Part shown: positions 59,901 through 64,000 of the stretch, piece after piece | Numbering within the stretch: the stretch's first letter is position 1 | Layout: every line of letters begins with the position of its first letter | Source: the human T2T-CHM13v2.0 reference genome, Homo sapiens | Length of the DNA stretch: 64,000 nucleotides | Assembly (NCBI GenBank): GCA_009914755.4 | Contig: CP086569.2 | Span: 12,544,001-12,608,000, forward strand | Reading direction: 5' to 3' | Made by a program: the position numbers and the translations under genes | Notes under the pieces: model-generated | Database searches by the model: none | What the model saw: only the letters and a program-made list of their open reading frames with translations | Told to the model about the DNA's origin: nothing

Positions 59901-62900
59901 GGAATGGAATTGAATGGAACTGAAAGGAATAGAATCGAATGGAGTGTAATGGAAAGATATTGAATGGAATGGAATGGAATGAACTCGAATGGAATGGATT
60001 CGAAAGGGATGGAACTCAATGGAATGGATTCGAATTGAATGGAATCAAAAGGAATAGCATGGAATGGAGTGTAATGGAAAGATGTCGAATGGAATAGAAC
60101 AGACTCGAATGGAATGGATTCGAGTGGAATGGAATCGAATGGAATGGAATCGAATGGAATGGAATCGAATGGATTCGAATTGAACAGAATCAAAAGGAAT
60201 AGAATGTAATGGAATGGAATGGAAGGATGTCGAATGGAATGGAATGGAAAGGAATGGACTCGAATGGAATGGACTGGAATGGAGTGGACACGAATGGAAT
60301 GGACTGGAGTGGAACGGACTAGAATGGAATGGCAATGAATAGACTGGAATGGAATGGAATTGAAAGGAAGAGAATGCATTGGAATCGGATGGAATGAAAT
60401 GGAAAGGAATGTAGTCGAATGGAATAGAAACGAAAGGAATGGCATTGAATGGATTGGAATGGAATGGAATAAAATGGAATGGACTCAAATTGAATGTATT
60501 CGAATGGAATAGAATCAAAAGGAATAGCATTGAATGGAATGGAATGGAATGGAATGGAATGGAATGGAATGGAATGGAATGGACTCAAATGAAATGGACT
60601 TGAATGGAATGGACTCAACTACAATGGCATCGAAAGGAATGGCCCTGAATGCAATTTATTCTATAAGAATGAAATCAAATGGAATGCAATAGAATTGAAT
60701 GGAATTGAAAGGAATGGAATCAAATGGAATGTACCAGAATGGAATGGACAGGAATAGAACGGACTCAAATGTAATTTTTTGCAATGTAACTGATTGGAAA
60801 GGAGTGGAATCAAATGGCCTGCAATCAAATGGAATGGAATGGAATGCAATTGAATGGAGCGGAGTGGAATCGAATGGAATGGACGCAAATGGAATGGAAT
60901 CGAACAGAATGGACAGGAATGAAATGGACTCGAATGTAATGGACTGGAACAAAAAGGAATCGAGTGGATTGGAATCGAACGGAATTTAATGTAGTGGACT
61001 CCAATGGAATGGAGTCAAATGGAATGTAATCGAATAGAATGGATTCGAATGGAATAGAATGGAGTTGAAAGGAATAGAATGGAATGGAGTGTAATGGAAA
61101 GATATCGAATGGAATGGAATGGAACGGAATGGAAACGAATGGAATGGACTGGAATTGAAAGTTCTCGAATGGAATAAACTGAAGTGGTGTGGACTCGAAT
61201 GGAATGGATATCAATGTAATGGAATGGAATGGATTGGAATGGAATTGAATGGAACAGAAAGGAAGAGAACAGAATGCAATTTGAAGGAACGGAATAGAAT
61301 GGAATGGAGTCGAATGGAATAAAGTCGAATGGAATGGCATCCGATGGAATGGAATGGAATGGAATGGAATGGAATGGAATGGAATGGAATGGAATGGATT
61401 ATAATGGAATGGATTCAAACGGAATGTACTCGAATGCAATAGAATCGAATGGAATGGCATTGAATGCAATGGAATGGAATGGAATGGACCCAAATGTTAT
61501 GGACCCAAATGGAATGGACTCAAATAGAATGGAGTTAAAGGAATGGTTTCGAATGGAATTGATTTGAATGGACTGGAATCGAATGGAATGCAATACTATG
61601 GAATGGAATCGAATGGAATTCAATAGAATGGAATCGACCAGAATGGAATGGACTGTAGTAGAAACTGACTAGAATGTAATGGATTGCAATGTAATTGATT
61701 CAAATAGACTGGAATTGAATGGAATGAAATTGTATGTAAGGGAATGGAACACAATAGAAATGAAAGCAATGGAATGCAATGGAATGCAATGGAAAGGAAA
61801 GGAGTGTAATCAAGTGGAATGGAATCGAATTTAATGGAAATGAATGGAATGTAATCGAATGGAATGGACTGGAATGGAATAGAATCGAATGGAATAGACT
61901 GGAAAAAAATGGAATCGAATTGATTGGAATCGAACGGAAAGGAATTGAATGGAATGGAAAGGAATGGAATCGATAGGAATGGAATCAAATGGAAGGGAAT
62001 CGAATGGAATGGAATCAAATAGAATGGAACTGAATGGTATCTAAAGGAATAGAATGGAATTGAGTGTAATGGAAAGATATCGATTTGAATTGAAAGAAAT
62101 GGAATGGAGTCAAATGGAATGGATAGTAATGGAATTGACTTGAATGGAATGGACTGGAGTGGAATGGAATATAATGGAATGGAAATGAATGTAATATGGA
62201 ATAGAAAGTTATAGAATGGAATGGAATTGGATGGAAAGGAATGAAATGGAATGGAGTCAAATTGAATGGAATTGAATGCAATTGCATCTAAAGGAATTGA
62301 ATGGAATGGAATGGAATGGAATGGAATGGAATGGAATGGAATGGAATGGAATGGACCCAAATGTAATGGACTCCAGTGGAGTGGACTCAAATAGAACAGA
62401 CTCGAAAGGAGTCGTTTTGAATGGAATTTCTTCGAATTGAATGTAATCGAAAAGACTGCAGTATTATAGAACAGAATCCAATGAAAAGGAATCGAATGGA
62501 ATGGACCAAAATGGAATGGGCTGGAATAGAAAGGGCTTGAATGTAATGGATTGCAATTTAAATGATGTGAATGGAATGGAATCGAATGGAATGTAACCAA
62601 ATGGAATGGAATGGAATGCAATTGAATGGAATGGAGTGGAATCGAGTGGAATGGAATCAAGTGGAGTAAACCGGAAGGGAATTGTCAGGAATTAAATGGA
62701 CTCGAATATAATGGATTGCAATGTATTTGGTTTGAATGGAATGGTTACAAATAAAATGCAATCAAACGGAAAGGAATGGTATGCAATGGAATGGAATAGA
62801 ATGGAATGCAATAAAATTTAATGGATTGGAATCGAGTGGAATGGAATCAAATGGAATAGAATCGAATCAGGTGGAATCAAATGGAATGGACTGGAATACA

Positions 62901-63101
62901 ATGGACCCGAATGGAATTGACTGCAACCAAATGGAACCGAAAGATTGGAATCGAAAGGAACGGATTGGAATGGAATAAATTGGAATGTACTCAAATGGAA
63001 AGGACTTGAATGGAATGGAACCGAATGGAATGGAATCGAATGGAATGGAATTGAATGGAATCGAAAGAAATAGAATGGAATGGATTGTAATGAAAAGATA
63101 T

Positions 63102-63155
63102 GGAATGGAATGGAATGGAATGGAATGGAATGGAATGGAATGGAATGGAATGGAT
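63102..63155 (+). repeat. Perfect (GGAAT)n tract of ~10 units. A sister tract lies at 63502-63553.
   Basis: ggaatggaatggaatggaatggaatggaatggaatggaatggaatggaatggattctaatgg. Confidence 0.85.
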
Positions 63156-63662
63156 TCTAATGGAATGGTGTCGAATGGAATGAAATTGAATGGAATGGAA
63201 TCGAATGTAATGAAATTGAATAGAATCAAAAGGAATAGAATGGAAAGGAATGGAATGGAAAGATATCGAATGAAAAGGAATGGAATGAAATGGACTCGAA
63301 TGGAATGGATTGGAATGGAATGCACTTGAATGGAGTGGACTGGAGAAGAATGGACTCAAATGGAAAACAAACGAATGGAATGGCATGGAATGGAATCGAA
63401 TGGAATGCAATAGAACGGAATGGAATTGGATGGAATGGAAAGGAATGGAATGGAGTCGAATGGAATATAATCGAAAGGAATGCAAAGAATGGAAAGGAAA
63501 GGAATGGAATGGAATGGAATGGAATGGAATGGAATGGAATGGAATGGAATGGACTCGAACGGAATGGACTAGAAAGGAATAGAATCGAATAGAATGGCAG
63601 CGAGTGGAATGGAACGGAATTGAACGGAATGGAAAGGAAGCAAACTTAATGGAATCCAAAGG

Positions 63663-63857
63663 AATGGACTCAAATAGAATGGACAAGAAGGCAAGGGTCT
63701 ATACTGGAATTTATTCGAATAGAATGGTATCATATGGAATGCAATAGTATGGAATGGAATTGAATCAAATGGAATAGAATCGGATGGACCGGAATAAAAT
63801 GTATTGGAATAGAATGGACTCGAATGTAATTGATTACAATTAAATTGATTCGAATGG
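63663..63857 (+). repeat. Landmark block A copy with a shortened 5' part
   Basis: ggactcaaatagaatggacaagaagg ... ggaatttattcgaatagaatgg ... gaatgtaattgattacaattaaattgattcgaatgg. Confidence 0.55.
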
Positions 63858-64000
63858 AATGGAATCGAGTTTAATATAATCAAATGGAATGGGGTGGAAT
63901 GCAATGGAATAGAATAGAATGGAATGCAATGAAATGGAATAGAATAGAATGCAACGGAAAGGGACAGAGTGGAATCGAGTGGAAACGAATCGAATGGGAA

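Larger units (their letters stand above)
1..64000 (+). repeat. Continuous pentameric (GGAAT)n satellite array with the G-rich strand on +, consistent with human Satellite III (HSat3) and with RepeatMasker-style labels (GGAAT)n/(AATGG)n simple repeat or HSATII-family satellite. It extends beyond both window edges.
   Basis: Most of the window is made of GGAAT units and one-mismatch variants (GGAAC, GGAGT, CGAAT, GCAAT, GGACT). The + strand is strongly purine-rich with C as the rarest base. There is no 171 bp periodicity and no CENP-B box, which argues against alpha satellite. The ATCATCG-type motifs typical of HSat2 are absent. TCGA (TaqI) and GANTC (HinfI) sites are frequent, as classically described for Sat III. 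Confidence 0.93.

Noticed and set aside
1-64000. Possible pentapeptide-repeat protein genes (Qnr/MfpA-like) suggested by 5-residue periodicity in the ORF translations
   Set aside because: The 5-aa period is the trivial consequence of a 5-nt DNA period (15 nt = 3 units = 5 codons). Genuine pentapeptide-repeat proteins have A(D/N)LXX consensus and defined N/C termini, and this sequence has neither. The signal appears in all six frames.
1-64000. CRISPR-like array (many short direct repeats)
   Set aside because: Units are 5 bp rather than 24-48 bp, there are no unique spacers of constant length, there is no leader and there are no cas genes. The ~1 kb periodic landmarks are homologous to each other, so they are not spacers.
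1-64000. Alpha-satellite or centromere core (CENP-B box)
   Set aside because: There is no 171-bp monomer periodicity and no TTCGTTGGAAACGGGA-like CENP-B box. The composition is GGAAT-derived throughout.
1-64000. HSat2 rather than HSat3
   Set aside because: The ATCATCG/CATCATC-type motifs characteristic of HSat2 23-26 bp units are absent. Long perfect (GGAAT)n runs and GGAGTCGAATGG-type variants fit HSat3 better. The subfamily and chromosome still cannot be assigned by eye.
1-64000. Transposable-element insertions (Alu/L1/SVA) interrupting the satellite
   Set aside because: I scanned for non-pentameric stretches longer than 100 bp that are not homologous to other parts of the array and found none. 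All diverged segments recur periodically and are GGAAT-derived. There are no poly-A tails with target-site duplications.
1-64000. Telomeric or subtelomeric repeats (TTAGGG)n
   Set aside because: No TTAGGG/CCCTAA runs are present.

Overview
The whole 64 kb window is one uninterrupted array of (GGAAT)n-derived pentameric satellite DNA in a single orientation. The + strand is purine-rich GGAAT/AATGG and the - strand is CATTC. By composition and variant motifs it is most consistent with human/hominid pericentromeric Satellite III (HSat3), not HSat2 or alpha satellite. I find no credible protein-coding genes, RNA genes, CRISPR arrays, transposon insertions or prokaryotic-style operons.

Every ORF in the supplied six-frame track is an artefact. 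Pure GGAAT/CATTC contains no stop codon in any of the six frames, so ORF length only reports how pure the local repeat is. The peptides are the periodic translations MEWNG... on + and IPFHS... on -.

What the sequence does show is structure inside the satellite. A quasi-periodic higher-order organisation of about 0.9-1.0 kb recurs roughly 65 times. Each copy carries four landmark segments in a fixed order (A, D, B, C) separated by pure (GGAAT)n tracts of variable length:
- A: a ~215 bp non-pentameric block built around GGTCTCGAATGGAATTTATTCGAATAGAATGG ... GAATGTAATGGATTGCAATGTAATTGATTCGAATGG.
- D: a GGAACGGAGTGGAATCGAGTGGAATGG segment.
- B: a GGACTGGAACAAAATGGAATCGAACGGATTGGAATCGAA segment.
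- C: a GGAGTGTAATGGAAAGATATCGAATGG segment containing an EcoRV site.

There are local copy-number irregularities and several recently homogenised perfect tracts. If this window was supplied as microbial DNA, it is host (human) contamination. I do not see a novel defence or biosynthetic system here and will not invent one.
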